Assembly (NCBI GenBank): GCA_964016885.1
Contig: OZ024742.1
Location: 316,510,001-316,574,000 of the forward strand
Reading direction: 5' to 3'
Length of the DNA stretch: 64,000 nucleotides
DNA from: Eledone cirrhosa
Taxonomy: Eukaryota
In this document: positions 13,761 to 26,539 of the stretch, one piece after another
Layout of the letters: every line of letters begins with the position of its first letter
How positions within the stretch are numbered: the stretch's first letter is position 1
Made by a program: the position numbers and the translations under genes
The notes under the pieces: generated by a model
Database searches by the model: none
Told to the model about the DNA's origin: nothing
The model's input: the letters and a program-made list of their open reading frames with translations, nothing else

Positions 13761-14357
13761 GTTGTCGTCTGTTCGATAGCGTAGACGTAATTCACTTCGT
13801 GCAATAGTTTTGTTCCAATTTATTGCGGAAATTTTGTAAGTTTAATTTTAATTTTGATACTATTGTGTAGCTTGACTGAACTGTCAGGCGGTGGTTCAGC
13901 TCATTTTCGCCCCCCCCCCCCAGGAGTAAAAAACCTGTTTTTAAAAATGTTGTTGCATAAAATTTCAATCGTCTGGGAGAAATGTTAAACGAAGCTAACG
14001 AAAATAGTGGTGGGGGACAGCGGTAAGAGTTGTAAGCTCGCACGCTTTAGTCCACCCCTTCCTTCCCAACTAACGTCATAGAGAAGGAAAGAAAAAATAA
14101 AATAAAAACATACGAAAGTGCGGAGAAAAATGTCGACGAAAACACAAATCTGGAGATTGATTCCAACAACAACAAAAAAAATATGAAAGAATTGCATGAC
14201 AATATTAATACCACAAACAAAGAAACAACAAACACAAAAATAACATTTGAAAACAACATCATAACAGAAAGCAAAACAGACGACAAAGTCAACACCAATA
14301 ACATCTAATTTGCACAAACAACAAAAATATCTTTAACATACATACCTGAAAATATAT

Positions 14358-15932
14358 GTGGCACAAAGAATAAAAAACGCCAAACAATTCATAACTCAAG
14401 GGGAAAATGGAGCCTTGTCAGTAAAAATGCCCCAAGAACTCACCAAAGATATTGAAAGTCGGACGGTCGTTTTCCGCACCATCAACAACATCTCAAAAAA
14501 GCCACAACAACCAACACAAGCAGAAATTAAAGCGGTACTTAGAGAAGTACTTAATGAAGCCACTTTCATAAGAAGAGACAGGCTCTATGGAGGCCTGGCC
14601 ATTATTATGAAGAACGAATCGGCGGCAAAAAAATATGCTTTGTCGCCGATTCGTTCGACAAATTTTACCTTTTATCCATCTTATATGGGTAAAAGAACTC
14701 AGCGCATATGGCTGGATGCAATGATGCCAGATATGGACTACTGCTGGCTCATAGCTGGCTTCATCGATCCAGCGAATGACAACGTGATTTCCATTGGGAA
14801 AACCAGAGGCAATGCGTTCAGTGGAACAGGTATAGAACTTGTAGTGAAAATGAAGCCTGAACGCATTGCACAAATACCCGACAGAATCCTATTAGAGGGC
14901 CACGGGTATATAAACATTAGCGTGGAGGGGAGAAGGCCGTCCTGTCATATCTGTGCAGGCAGAGGGCACCTGAAGGCGGCTTGTCCCCAACTCAACAAGA
15001 AGAAAACCCTGCTACCAACACCAGCTCCACCACCACCACCACAACAGATAAACAAACAAAACTCAGTCCCACCCAACCCGTCCCTCAGTAAAACTACGCC
15101 ACCACCACAGCACAAACAGACACAACACATTACCCCAAAACAAAACACAGTCCCACCCAACCCCTCACTCAATAAAACAACACAACCACCGCAGCCACAA
15201 CACACAACACAGTCTAACATAGTGACATCCATCTCCCCCACAAAGAAAACTAACACGGAAACATTACCAGCAAACATACCTCTTCCCTCCAACACTGAAG
15301 ATAACCCAACGAATTCGGAGGAAGAAACGGAGTCCTTCAGACAGATTAAAAGGAAAAAAAGAAAACATGTGCAAAACACACAAGGCCAAACAACCCCCAC
15401 CCAAATGTCAACACAATCCAACAAAACAGAAAACACCCCTCCAGCAACAAACAAAACCAAACCTGCCCCTCCCCTCTTCGAAACACTCACACCATCCGAA
15501 AAAAAGACATTACACTATACTTACATCAACAGAAACAATAATAAATTAAATGAACTCATAAACAATAAACCTTCGGTACAAACCGAAGGTGTAAACTTTG
15601 TTTCTTCAGAAAACTACCCACATTTAAAATTAATTAAGATCCCAATGAACCTCTACCAAAAACTAAAAAAGGATTTTAAGGAGGACGTAGGACCACCCTC
15701 TGTCAAACCCATAAACCGCGTCCTACTAAAAATCTTTCCCCCTCTCCTCCCCCTCCCCAACACAACTCCAAACACCCCAACCCCACCACACACTGACGAC
15801 CCCACACCACCACAAGACACCCCTTCACCCAACACCCCTGACCCCATGGAAGTCGTGCGACCGAACCCCGGGAAGCAGAAAGGTAGGTCTCTACACTCTC
15901 CTCTGGCTTTGCCGCCCAAATGGATGTGTTAA
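14358..15932 (+). CDS. LINE ORF1 (gag-like) protein with zinc knuckle
   Basis: 524-aa open frame with CHICAGRGHLKAAC (CX2CX4HX4C), followed by Pro/Thr-rich and basic regions. The true start may lie upstream. Confidence 0.8.
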   Translation: MAQRIKNAKQFITQGENGALSVKMPQELTKDIESRTVVFRTINNISKKPQQPTQAEIKAVLREVLNEATFIRRDRLYGGLAIIMKNESAAKKYALSPIRSTNFTFYPSYMGKRTQRIWLDAMMPDMDYCWLIAGFIDPANDNVISIGKTRGNAFSGTGIELVVKMKPERIAQIPDRILLEGHGYINISVEGRRPSCHICAGRGHLKAACPQLNKKKTLLPTPAPPPPPQQINKQNSVPPNPSLSKTTPPPQHKQTQHITPKQNTVPPNPSLNKTTQPPQPQHTTQSNIVTSISPTKKTNTETLPANIPLPSNTEDNPTNSEEETESFRQIKRKKRKHVQNTQGQTTPTQMSTQSNKTENTPPATNKTKPAPPLFETLTPSEKKTLHYTYINRNNNKLNELINNKPSVQTEGVNFVSSENYPHLKLIKIPMNLYQKLKKDFKEDVGPPSVKPINRVLLKIFPPLLPLPNTTPNTPTPPHTDDPTPPQDTPSPNTPDPMEVVRPNPGKQKGRSLHSPLALPPKWMC

Positions 15933-18900
15933 GAGTAGGATGTTTGAATGCACGTGGCCTGGGCTCAACTTGGAAGCAAGCAAAGCTTCTAAATGACTTC
16001 AGGTCACGTGGTATAAATGTAATGGTTATCTGTGAGACTCGGATCAGCGTCGTGCGGCAGCTGGCCACTTTCTTCGATGACTTTCAGGTGCACGCAGCTC
16101 TCTGTCAACCTGGAGGTGGGGGTGGGGTTGTACTGCTGGAAAAACACCTGGGTATCGCCGTACAGGTTGTTCACTCGGACCCGGAAGGTCGTTTGTTGGT
16201 GCTAGACGTTGGCAGTAGGGGTGGTGCGGCCTTGAGTCTGGTCGCCGTCTACTCCCCTTTCGGAGCTGAACGACCCGACTTCTTCCAGCGTCTGGAGACT
16301 TTTCTCGGAACTTCGCGTTCCCTGCTTCTAGCGGGGGACTGGAATGACATCCTAGATGCACGTTGGGACTATGCAGGAGCATGTCCTAATAGAGGGGGGT
16401 GTAACAGCCTCAAGGGGTTACTCGACCGTTTTAACTTGGTCGATAGATATAGACTAGATTTTCCAACTGTGCCAACCTGGACTTTGACGAACCACAGTGA
16501 TCAATCTAGATCGTACTTAGATAGATTCTTAGTTAGAAGTAAGGATAGGGACATTTTAAGCTGTCCAGAAATGCGCACGGTTGGCTATACAGATCACAAA
16601 TTAGTGACCTGCGTAATCAACCTCGAGAGAACACATAGACAGGGTCCCGGTTATTGGAAACTTAATTTGTCTTTACCGGCAAAAGAGACTTACAGAGACC
16701 GGATTAGCAGATTAGTTAAGGAGAGGTTGACGGGTGCAATCGTCAACAACCGATGGTGGGCATCTCTCAAAAGAGAGATTAGAACAGAATCAATAAGTTA
16801 TAGCAAGATGTTAGCTGCCGATAGGAATAGGAACGAGAAAGAATTAACAGGTAAATTAGAAGAGGCAATCAAGAGCGAAGATGTGGTCAGAGTGCTGGCA
16901 TCGAGGACGGCCTTGAGCCAGTTTTTCGATGCAAAGCACGAAGGCTGCGTCATCCGAAGTAAAATACGTGCTCTAGGTAATGAGGGGGCCAAAGCCGTTG
17001 GCTGGGCCCGCGTGACAGAAGCTAAGAGTGGAAATCGATCCACCATCCGATCTTTGCAAGATGAGGATGGACGGGTGATCCGGGAGCCTAAGCAGATGTG
17101 CGAGGCCTTTCAAAGGCACTTTGCCCGATTGTTCGGGGGAGGCGAGGGTCCGGGCGGGGACGTGGATTTCGGTCCATACCTCGACGGCATGCCGCGTCTC
17201 TCAAGCGAAGAGGCAGAGTCCTGCGAGGGACCAATCTCGGCTGATGAGATCGGGGATGCGCTGAGCCAATGCAGCAGACGCAAATCTCCAGGTCTCGATG
17301 GTATACCTTACGAACTTTATTTAGCAATGCCGGTCTTCTTCTCCGAACTCCTCAAAGCAGTCTACTGCAATTGGTAGCAGAACGGGAGAAATCCTTGTTC
17401 TGTATCGAAGGGCGTAGTCTCGCTGGTGAGGAAGGACGAGAACAAAGGGGATAGTATAAATAATTTTCGGCCCATCACCCTGCTAAACACAGAGTTAAAG
17501 ATTTTGGCCGAGGTGTTAACAAAGAGGTTGGCGCTTGTCGTGTGTGGCCTGGTGGGAGATGCGCAGACATGTGCTATCCCATCCAGGTCCATTCACGACA
17601 ACCTCCATCTCATGCGATACATCATAGAGAGGGTTGGCAACAAACCCGGCTTCGGTGGGGGCCCTGATCAACTTGGATCAATCTAAGGCGTTCGATAGGG
17701 TCGACCATGATTACCTGGATGCGGTGCTAGCGGCGGCTGGGTTCGGTACTGTTTTCAGAGGCTGGATCACTGCCTTACATAGCAACCACATCTGTTCTAG
17801 GATCAAGGTGAACGGCTACCTTTCGAAGCTGTTCGAAATCACACGATCCATTCGACAGGGGTGCCCTCTCTCCTCCCTTCTGTACGTATTGACTCTCGAG
17901 CCTTTACTGAGGAAGTTGGAGCTGTTGCAGGGTATCCCCCTGGAACCAGGATTGAGCAAAGCAATGTCGGCCTACGCCGATGGCGTAACAGTAATGGTAT
18001 CGACCGACTCGGAGATCGAGGCGATCGGTACCTTACTGGAGGATTACGAAAGGTTGTCAGGAGCGAAACGGAACCGGGAAAAATCCATCGGGCTGCAACT
18101 CGGAACGTGGAGAGGCAGACCGATGCCTCCCGACGGTGTCGTCGGACACTGGACGGAGGGCCCGGTAAAGTTGCTTGGGGTCTGGTTTGGACCGGACCTC
18201 CAGGTGGAAAAGAACTGGGACGAGGTTACGAACAAGGTTTTTGCACTAACCCAGAAATGGGCCAAGTGTAAGCTGTCCCTAAAAGCCCGGGCGGAGGTGG
18301 CGAACATTTACATAGCGTCTGTCACTTACTACCGCCTGACTGTCGTGCCTTGCCCTAAGGAAACACTCACCACCTTTGGAAGAAGCGCTCTCCTATGGTG
18401 AGAAAATCCATCTGCTGCCAACAACCTTCGAAAGGAGGGCTGGGGATGCCGTGCTTGATGATGCGTAGGAACGCATTAAGGCTACGGCACCTACAGGTAT
18501 TCCTCACTGGTCAACCGGTGTGGGCTCCGTTCGTGAAACGAGCCTTTCCGAGACTCGTCTCGCTCACCGAGCTGCAGTCCTGGGTCAAGCAAAGATCCGG
18601 AAAACTGGGAGACTGGCACACTGAGTGTGCTCAGGCGCTCAGGGCTCTCTGGCAAGCGGTCCAGGCCATCGGTGGAGAATCCACCTCATCATTCTATAGA
18701 GGGCTGGTGGCTAGCAGGGGCGATGACACCCTTGGAGAGTCGCTGGACATGGAAGAGGACGAACTGGCCAGCCTGTTCGGTAGGACTTTCGGCTCGGGAC
18801 CAATGGACAACTTCCAGAAATCACTAGCCTGGCAGTCTACCGCGGGGCTCTACCCGTTTGAGAGAGGCTCTACAGACACGGGCGCCCGGGCAGCGATTCC

Positions 18901-19329
18901 TCGAAAAAGATTTGCCCTAGATGCGTGCGTCACGAAGAAACCGTTGCGCACGCATTGGTGCAATGTTCGGGCGTAGCTGATCTGTGGGGCTACGCCGAAC
19001 GACTGCTGTCGCGGGTGGCGCCGATTCAATTGACCGCCGAGTCCGTGATGACAATCAAACCGCCTCCCCTCTTCACAAAGGAAGCAAAGGCGGTTTTTCT
19101 GTGCGTAATAGCCATGTTGAAAGAGGTTGTTTGGTGGACACGATTGAAAGGTCTGAAGTCAGGCAACTTCCTCTCTGGCCATAGTCTGGTCTACTTCTTC
19201 CGATATCACTTCGGAAGAAGGATAAGAATGGAGAGAGAGGTGCTTGGCCACAGGCAATTTTATGAAAGGTGGGTGATAGTGGCGAGAATGGCTCGTGTAA
19301 ATGGGCCTTCTCTGTATACCATTCTGTAG
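15920..19329 (+). pseudogene. LINE ORF2 (AP endonuclease + reverse transcriptase), disrupted
   Basis: APE motifs LNARGL, ICETR, GDWN, SYLDRF, TDH; GPGYWKLN linker; RT motifs KSPGLDG, NFRPITLLN, KAFDRVDH, RQGCPLS; C-terminal EETVAHALVQC. Disabled by a stop at 17375, frameshifts near 17660, 18395 and 18840, and YADD changed to YADG. Confidence 0.93.
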
Positions 19330-19518
19330 GTAAAGAAGTGAAGGAGAGGGGAGCACCTTCTCCATGTGCTCCCTGGGCAAAGGATTGCACACTTTTTCGG
19401 GGGTGTGTGCAACCCCCATCACGTCCCCTCCCTTTTGAGGTTGTTTTCGATTATTTTCATTTTATACCCTTTTTACTCGATGTATGTAAACTCCCCCTTT
19501 GTATTTGTCCCTTCCAGT

Positions 19519-21650
19519 GCTAAGTATTCTATAAGTCTCTAGCTGTGTCATTCTCGATAAAAGCACTGGATATGTAATCCTGATGATTTCTAATAAGAAT
19601 GAAACGCGTAGGTTACTTCCCTTGCTTTTACCGAGAATCTCAAATTGTAATACGTGACGTATTCTATTCTATAGCGATTAGGTCTTCAAAATGTTTATTA
19701 TAAACATACAGAATATTTTCGAATATTCTATGTTTGTCTTCACATATATATCGCTATTTCAGAGCATTATATCCAAATTCTAATTTCTGCCGGACCGGCA
19801 ACCGCTCTTTCAAACCAGTTCCTGTACACAGCTAAGTATTCTATAAGTCTCTAGCTGTGTCATTCTCGATAAAAGCACTGGATATGTAATCCTGATGATT
19901 TCTAATAAGAATGAAACGCGTAGGTTACTTCCCTTGCTTTTACCGAGAATCTCAAATTGTAATACGTGACGTATTCTATTCTATAGCGATTAGGTCTTCA
20001 AAATGTTTATTATAAACATACAGAATATTTTCGAATATTCTATGTTTGTCTTCACATATATATCGCTATTTAAGAGCATTATATCCAAATTCTAATTTCT
20101 GCCGGACCGGCAACCGCTCTTTCAAACCAGTTCCTGTACACAGCTAAGTATTCTATAAGTCTCTAGCTGTGTCATTCTCGATAAAAGCACTGGATATGTA
20201 ATCCTGATGATTTCTAATAAGAATGAAACGCGTAGGTTACTTCCCTTGCTTTTACCGAGAATCTCAAATTGTAATACGTGACGTATTCTATTCTATAGCG
20301 ATTAGGTCTTCAAAATGTTTATTATAAACATACAGAATATTTTCGAATATTCTATGTTTGTCTTCACATATATATCGCTATTTCAGAGCATTATATCCAA
20401 ATTCTAATTTCTGCCGGACCGGCAACCGCTCTTTCAAACCAGTTCCTGTACACAGCTAAGTATTCTATAAGTCTCTAGCTGTGTCATTCTCGATAAAAGC
20501 ACTGGATATGTAATCCTGATGATTTCTAATAAGAATGAAACGCGTAGGTTACTTCCCGTGCTTTTACCGAGAATCTCAAATTGTAATACGTGACGTATTC
20601 TATTCTATAGCGATTAGGTCTTCAAAATGTTTATTATAAACATACAGAATATTTTCGAATATTCTATGTTTGTCTTCACATATATATCGCTATTTCAGAG
20701 CATTATATCCAAATTCTAATTTCTGCCGGACCGGCAACCGCTCTTTCAAACCAGTTCCTGTACACAGTTAAGTATTCTATAAGTCTCTAGCTGTGTCATT
20801 CTCGATAAAAGCACTGGATATGTAATCCTGATGATTTCTAATAAGAATGAAACGCGTAGGTTACTTCCCTTGCTTTTACCGAGAATCTCAAATTGTAATA
20901 CGTGACGTATTCTATTCTATAGCGATTAGGTCTTCAAAATGTTTATTATAAACATACAGAATATTTTCGAATATTCTATGTTTGTCTTCACATATATATC
21001 GCTATTTCAGAGCATTATATCCAAATTCTAATTTCTGCCGGACCGGCAACCGCTCTTTCAAACCAGTTCCTGTACACAGCTAAGTATTCTATAAGTCTCT
21101 AGCTGTGTCATTCTCGATAAAAGCACTGGATATGTAATCCTGATGATTTCTAATAAGAATGAAACGCGTAGGTTACTTCCCTTGCTTTTACCGAGAATCT
21201 CAAATTGTAATACGTGACGTATTCTATTCTATAGCGATTAGGTCTTCAAAATGTTTATTATAAACATACAGAATATTTTCGAATATTCTATGTTTGTCTT
21301 CACATATATATCGCTATTTAAGAGCATTATATCCAAATTCTAATTTCTGCCGGACCGGCAACCGCTCTTTCAAACCAGTTCCTGTACACAGCTAAGTATT
21401 CTATAAGTCTCTAGCTGTGTCATTCTCGATAAAAGCACTGGATATGTAATCCTGATGATTTCTAATAAGAATGAAACGCGTAGGTTACTTCCCTTGCTTT
21501 TACCGAGAATCTCAAATTGTAATACGTGACGTATTCTATTCTATAGCGATTAGGTCTTCAAAATGTTTATTATAAACATACAGAATATTTTCGAATATTC
21601 TATGTTTGTCTTCACATATATATCGCTATTTCAGAGCATTATATCCAAAT
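19519..21650 (+). repeat. Tandem array of 312-bp units (6.8 copies), each carrying a hammerhead ribozyme; retrozyme-like
   Basis: Unit starts at 19519, 19831, 20143, 20455, 20767, 21079 and 21391. Only a handful of single-base differences separate the copies. Confidence 0.97.
19574..19616 (+). ncRNA. Minimal type I hammerhead ribozyme, copy 1 of 7 (others at +312 bp steps up to 21446-21488)
   Basis: GUAAUC-CUGAUGA-U.UUCU(AAUA)AGAA.U-GAAA-CGCG-UA|GGUUAC. Stem I GUAAUC/GGUUAC has 6 bp, both catalytic boxes are intact, stem III is palindromic (ACGCGU) and the cleavage triplet is GUA. Confidence 0.88.
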
Positions 21651-21867
21651 ATATATATAGTTAGCTATCCTCTTTGTTGTTATCTTGTTTCACTCACTTT
21701 ACGCGTTTTAATTGTCCTAATAACTTAATTTAGTTATTATTGCACCGACGTGAGGTATATGATTTTTAATGCAATGAAATATCTATGATCGTCGGCAAAT
21801 CACTGATGAGGGACTTATTTTATTACATGTTATCCATGTGCAACCAGCAGTATTCTTCTCCCCATTT

Positions 21868-21956
<89 letters not shown>

Positions 21957-24098
21957 ACCTAAATTATGTTAATTTTAAATCTAACCACCCTACTAATATT
22001 AAGAATGCTATAGTTAGTAATATTGGAAAAAGAATATCTAACCTATCTTCTAATAAAAACATCTTCGATGCTAACGCCAATTAATATAATAACGCGCTTT
22101 CTAAAGCCGGCTATCCTGATAAAATCAAATATAATAAAGAAACAAATTCTAGAAATCTTACAGTAGAATAATTAATCATGATCATTCCAATAACTTTAAT
22201 AAAAGACCTAGATACAAAAACATAATCTGGTATAATGCTCCTTTCTCCATCTCTATTAATAATAATATTCCTAAATTATTCTTTAGTGCCTTAAATAAAT
22301 GCTTCCCTCCCTCACATATCTATAGTAAAATATTTAACAAACACACTATAAAATTTTCCTATTCTACATCCTCCAACATTTCCAACATTATCTCTAAACA
22401 CAACAATAAAATACTAAATACTAAATCTCTTCCTTCCAACACTGAATATCATAATAATAGTAATAGTACTCCCGACGTCATTGTAAACCCTAGGCTAATT
22501 TCTGCAAATACAACGTCAAACACAACTTCGCTAAATGTTCTTAATCCCATTCTAAATCAAGAAACTATTATTCCTATCGCAAATAACTTCTCCAATCCAA
22601 TTCCTTCTATAGATAACACTAGGTCACTCGTTAATAATCTCTCTAATTGCAATTGCCCTGCAATTGTCTTGATAAAAACGTAATTTACGAATGTAAAGTT
22701 ATAACTGACACCAATTCCTTCACCTATTTTGGCTCCACTTCCACCTCTTTTAAAGCTCGTCTTTATAATCATCATTCGTCTTTTAAATATAAACTTAAAA
22801 GAACCAACACGGCTCTCTCAGAACTCATATGGTCCTTAAAAGACAAAAATATAAAATATAACATCTCTTGGAAGAAGGTTTCCTCTGCTTTTTCATACTT
22901 GAACAGTTCTCTATCCAAGACTTGCAATCTCTGTCTGAATGAAAAAATTACCATTATACCTAATTTAGATTCTATAATAAATAGACGCACTGACTTGTTT
23001 TCTATCTCCTTGCATAAATTACACAGAACTTTCCATAAAGTAAACAGCTAATATCCTAAACTTTTTCAATTCAGAATCCTTTTTTCAAAGGCACATATAT
23101 ATATATATACTTCTTTAAAAATATACCCATCTTTCTACCTTATTTCAAAGTTATTTATCATATTCTATATCATTCCTATTCATCACTTCTCTTTCTTCCT
23201 TTTCCTTTTCTTTTCTTTTGCTTTTTCTTTTAATTTCTAACCCCTAATCTGTACCTTTTCTCACTGTGCCTAATATAGAAACAATTATTACACATACACT
23301 ATATTCTTACTTTATATCACCTTGAAAAAATCCTTCGTAAACATAAACATTTTTTTTTACATTAGATTATTCATCCTCTATTCATTATTTTTTTCTCACT
23401 TTCATCTAACTTATTCATGCTCATCTCACAATATATCCTTACTTACATTACTTCTGTGTTTTTTTAATAATACATATCAACATTTTCTTTCCATCGCACA
23501 TATTATTAAACCCTTAAATATTATTCTTAATACATATTAACATTTTCTTTCCATCTCACATATTATCAAACCCTTAAATATTATTCTTAATACATATTAA
23601 CAATTTATTTTCATCGCACATATTATTAAACCCTTCAATATACAAACCTTAACTTTACATTATTTTTCTCTTCGTTAATTTTCAAATTCTTTTAATTTAT
23701 ACATTATCTTCCAACGGTTTTTCAACCTCTCTATGTAAAACAATATATTTTTCTCAGTTATAAAAGCTATCTCTATCTCTCTATCAGCCATCTCTCCTCC
23801 TATCGCATCCTTCCTCATTATACTCCTCCCCCTCTACTTTTTACTCTCATCTCCTCCTCTTTTTCATCCTTACCAACCTCCCCTCCTCAAAACAAATTTT
23901 TTCCCCAATATCACACATCAATCTAAAACTACTTTTCATATGTTGATTTAAAACTGCACTATCCACAAGTGTTTTTAACCTTCATATCATGTCCTCCTAT
24001 TTTATCTGATGAAAACACAAATGTTATTGCATGATGATATTTGTTTTTGAAATGCGCATAATAAAATACCTGGAACTCATTTAACCATCTTTTGATCT

Positions 24099-24100
<2 letters not shown>
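21957..24100 (+). mobile_element. 5'-truncated Penelope-like element, family A (Naiad-like)
   Basis: RT C-terminal remnant (YVNFKSNHP, NIIWYNAPFS, KIFNKHTIKFSYS), GIY-YIG domain at 22647-23051 (VIYECKV..YFGST..FKARLYNH..LSELIW..CNLCLNEK), and a long 3' UTR ending in a hammerhead. Confidence 0.9.
24000..24066 (+). ncRNA. Type I hammerhead ribozyme, Penelope family A terminus
   Basis: UUUUAU-CUGAUGA-[long stem II]-GAAA-UGCGCA-UA|AUAAAA, with palindromic stem III AUGCGCAU. Confidence 0.82.
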
Positions 24101-24148
<48 letters not shown>

Positions 24149-24246
24149 TCAGGTTATCAATAATGTAGTGATAATATATCGTTACGTTATAGATGAACAG
24201 CGTACGTGCAGGTTTGCTCAACGAGTATAAATTATATTCCGGAGAA

Positions 24247-25336
24247 AATGTATAATCAGTTGTCACTTCTTCAGAGATTTTGGATAAATTGGATAAAATC
24301 AGAAAAATTGAAGTATTTATATTAGTGATAGAGGAAGAAACAGAGGGGATAGTATATGACAGATGGTAAATTATTTTACTGCTAAACAAGTATATAATGG
24401 GTTTCTAATGAGAATACCATGAATAAATCTAAATAAGAATTTTGGGAGTGCCAATTTTAATCTCTACTTGACCAACTGGACAGTGGACAGGGCTGGTCAT
24501 TTGGTGTAGTAGTATTAATTATAAAGTGTCAATTGGGGAAGGGGGAGATTTCGATTGCTACTAAATAACATCAATGCTAGTAGCCAGCTGGTATATGCAT
24601 TAGGGAATTGAATCAAGAAATCAGAAATCTCATTTTATCTATAGCTGTTTGTATTAAAAGGTAAATAATAGAAGAGTTGATAGAATTAAGACTAATAAAG
24701 AATGTTAATATCTATTTTGACAATCAAACGGGGATAGAGACAGGCGTTCAATCCTGGTAGTATTTATAATATGAAAATGTAGATTTTAAGCGATGGTTAC
24801 AGTATAACGATCGCTCTATTCTGTTATTTAATAAAATGTTTTTGGATTTCATAATACAAAATAATTCTACATTACATAATTTACAAAATTCCTGTCCATG
24901 GGAATAGGGGGGGGGGGTATGCGCTATTATATCCCATTTTAGGTGAAATTGTTGGTTATTTTCACGCAGCTGCCAAGCCTTGTCTGCGAGTGTTGTTACA
25001 TAACGTAGAATTATTGTAACGTAGAATTATGTAATGTAGAATTATTTCGTATTATGAAATCCAAAAACATTTTATTAAATAACAGAATAGAGCGATCGTT
25101 ATACTGTAACCATCGCTTAAAATCTACATTGGCACTCCTAAAATTCTTATTTAGATTTACTCATGGTATTCTCATTAGAAACCCATTATATACTTGTGTA
25201 GCAGTAAAATAATTTACCATCTGTCATATACTATCCCCTCTGTTTCTTCCTCTATTACTAATATAAATACTTCAATTTTTCTGATTTTATCCAATTTATC
25301 CAAAATCTCTGAAGAAGTGACAACTGATTATACATT
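24247..25336. repeat. Nested inverted duplications
   Basis: ~24247-24455 is the reverse complement of ~25128-25336, and ~24776-24865 of ~25042-25129. Confidence 0.85.
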
Positions 25337-25474
25337 TGCTATCGAATACTTGCTAACATTATATGATTACGCAAGCAGCGATACATAGGTATTCCGTCTG
25401 TTACAGAAACATATGTCAATACCTAATAAATTCCCTTTTTTTTAAAAAAAGCACTTTCATTTTATATTCATCCT

Positions 25475-25566
<92 letters not shown>

Positions 25567-25888
25567 CTGCCGTCACAGAACTAAAACCCTTTTTTCCCAC
25601 TACAAGCCGAATATTACATAAAAGAGGGACATCCCCCAACTATATAAACCTTAATCTAGTTAGAAAAATATAAAAACAATCTCTTCTCAACATATATTAA
25701 TAACCATAAATTACCACACTAATAATGGAAAGATATGCTGATGAGAATAGGTACAAATATGCGATAATGAATGTGTCTAAAAACGTCCATAAGTATGTAT
25801 ATATATGTGAAAATGTATATAAATAAGTAAATATATATATATGTTTGATGTGTATAGTTAGATGTAAGTGTATTCATGTATTAAAGTG

Positions 25889-25985
<97 letters not shown>

Positions 25986-26539
25986 ATGTGTGTATATGGA
26001 TGTGTATGTATGTGTATGTGTGTACACATGGACTAGAGTATGTATATATGTGTGTGTCTATACGTGTGTATATAAAGATAAGTTGAGTATGAAAATGTAT
26101 ACACATGAGCGCGTATGTATGTACATGAATACATGTGTGTATATATATGTGTATGCATGTGTATATATATGTAAGTATGAATATGTGAATTGTGAGTATA
26201 TGTATTTTGTAGAGGTGTGCAAATATATTTGTGTGTGAATGCGTGGGTGAAAGGATACGTACACTTGAAAGAAAAATTTAAGTCTGAATGTTAATTAAGT
26301 GCAAACACAAAACCAACCACGCATATCTTTACTATCTCTAATCCTTCTATAGATTTAGAAAAATAACCAATAATATATTCTATAAAAAAAATGTCAAAAC
26401 AACAGATGGGAATCTAATTACTCACTGCCACCAAGAATTCTCACTGCTATCGAAAAACCACTCCTTCAACTATTCTTCTAACAACTTCACCCCTCCCTCC
26501 TAATATTCTCTATAAAAACTAAATAGGTCCTCAGTAATA

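Larger units (their letters stand above)
13761..19517 (+). mobile_element. Near full-length Tx1-clade (L1 group) non-LTR retrotransposon, disabled
   Basis: ORF1 with a CCHC knuckle, ORF2 with APE + RT + C-terminal Cys motif, and a 3' UTR cut just before its poly(A) signal. Confidence 0.9.

Noticed and set aside
19519-21650. CRISPR array or protein-coding tandem repeat
   Set aside because: Whole units are identical with no unique spacers, there is no ORF of 60 aa or more, and the context is eukaryotic.
21790-21850. Other CUGAUGA hits (here, ~10005 minus, ~25738, ~32719, ~37978)
   Set aside because: None has a properly placed GAAA with a pairing stem I.
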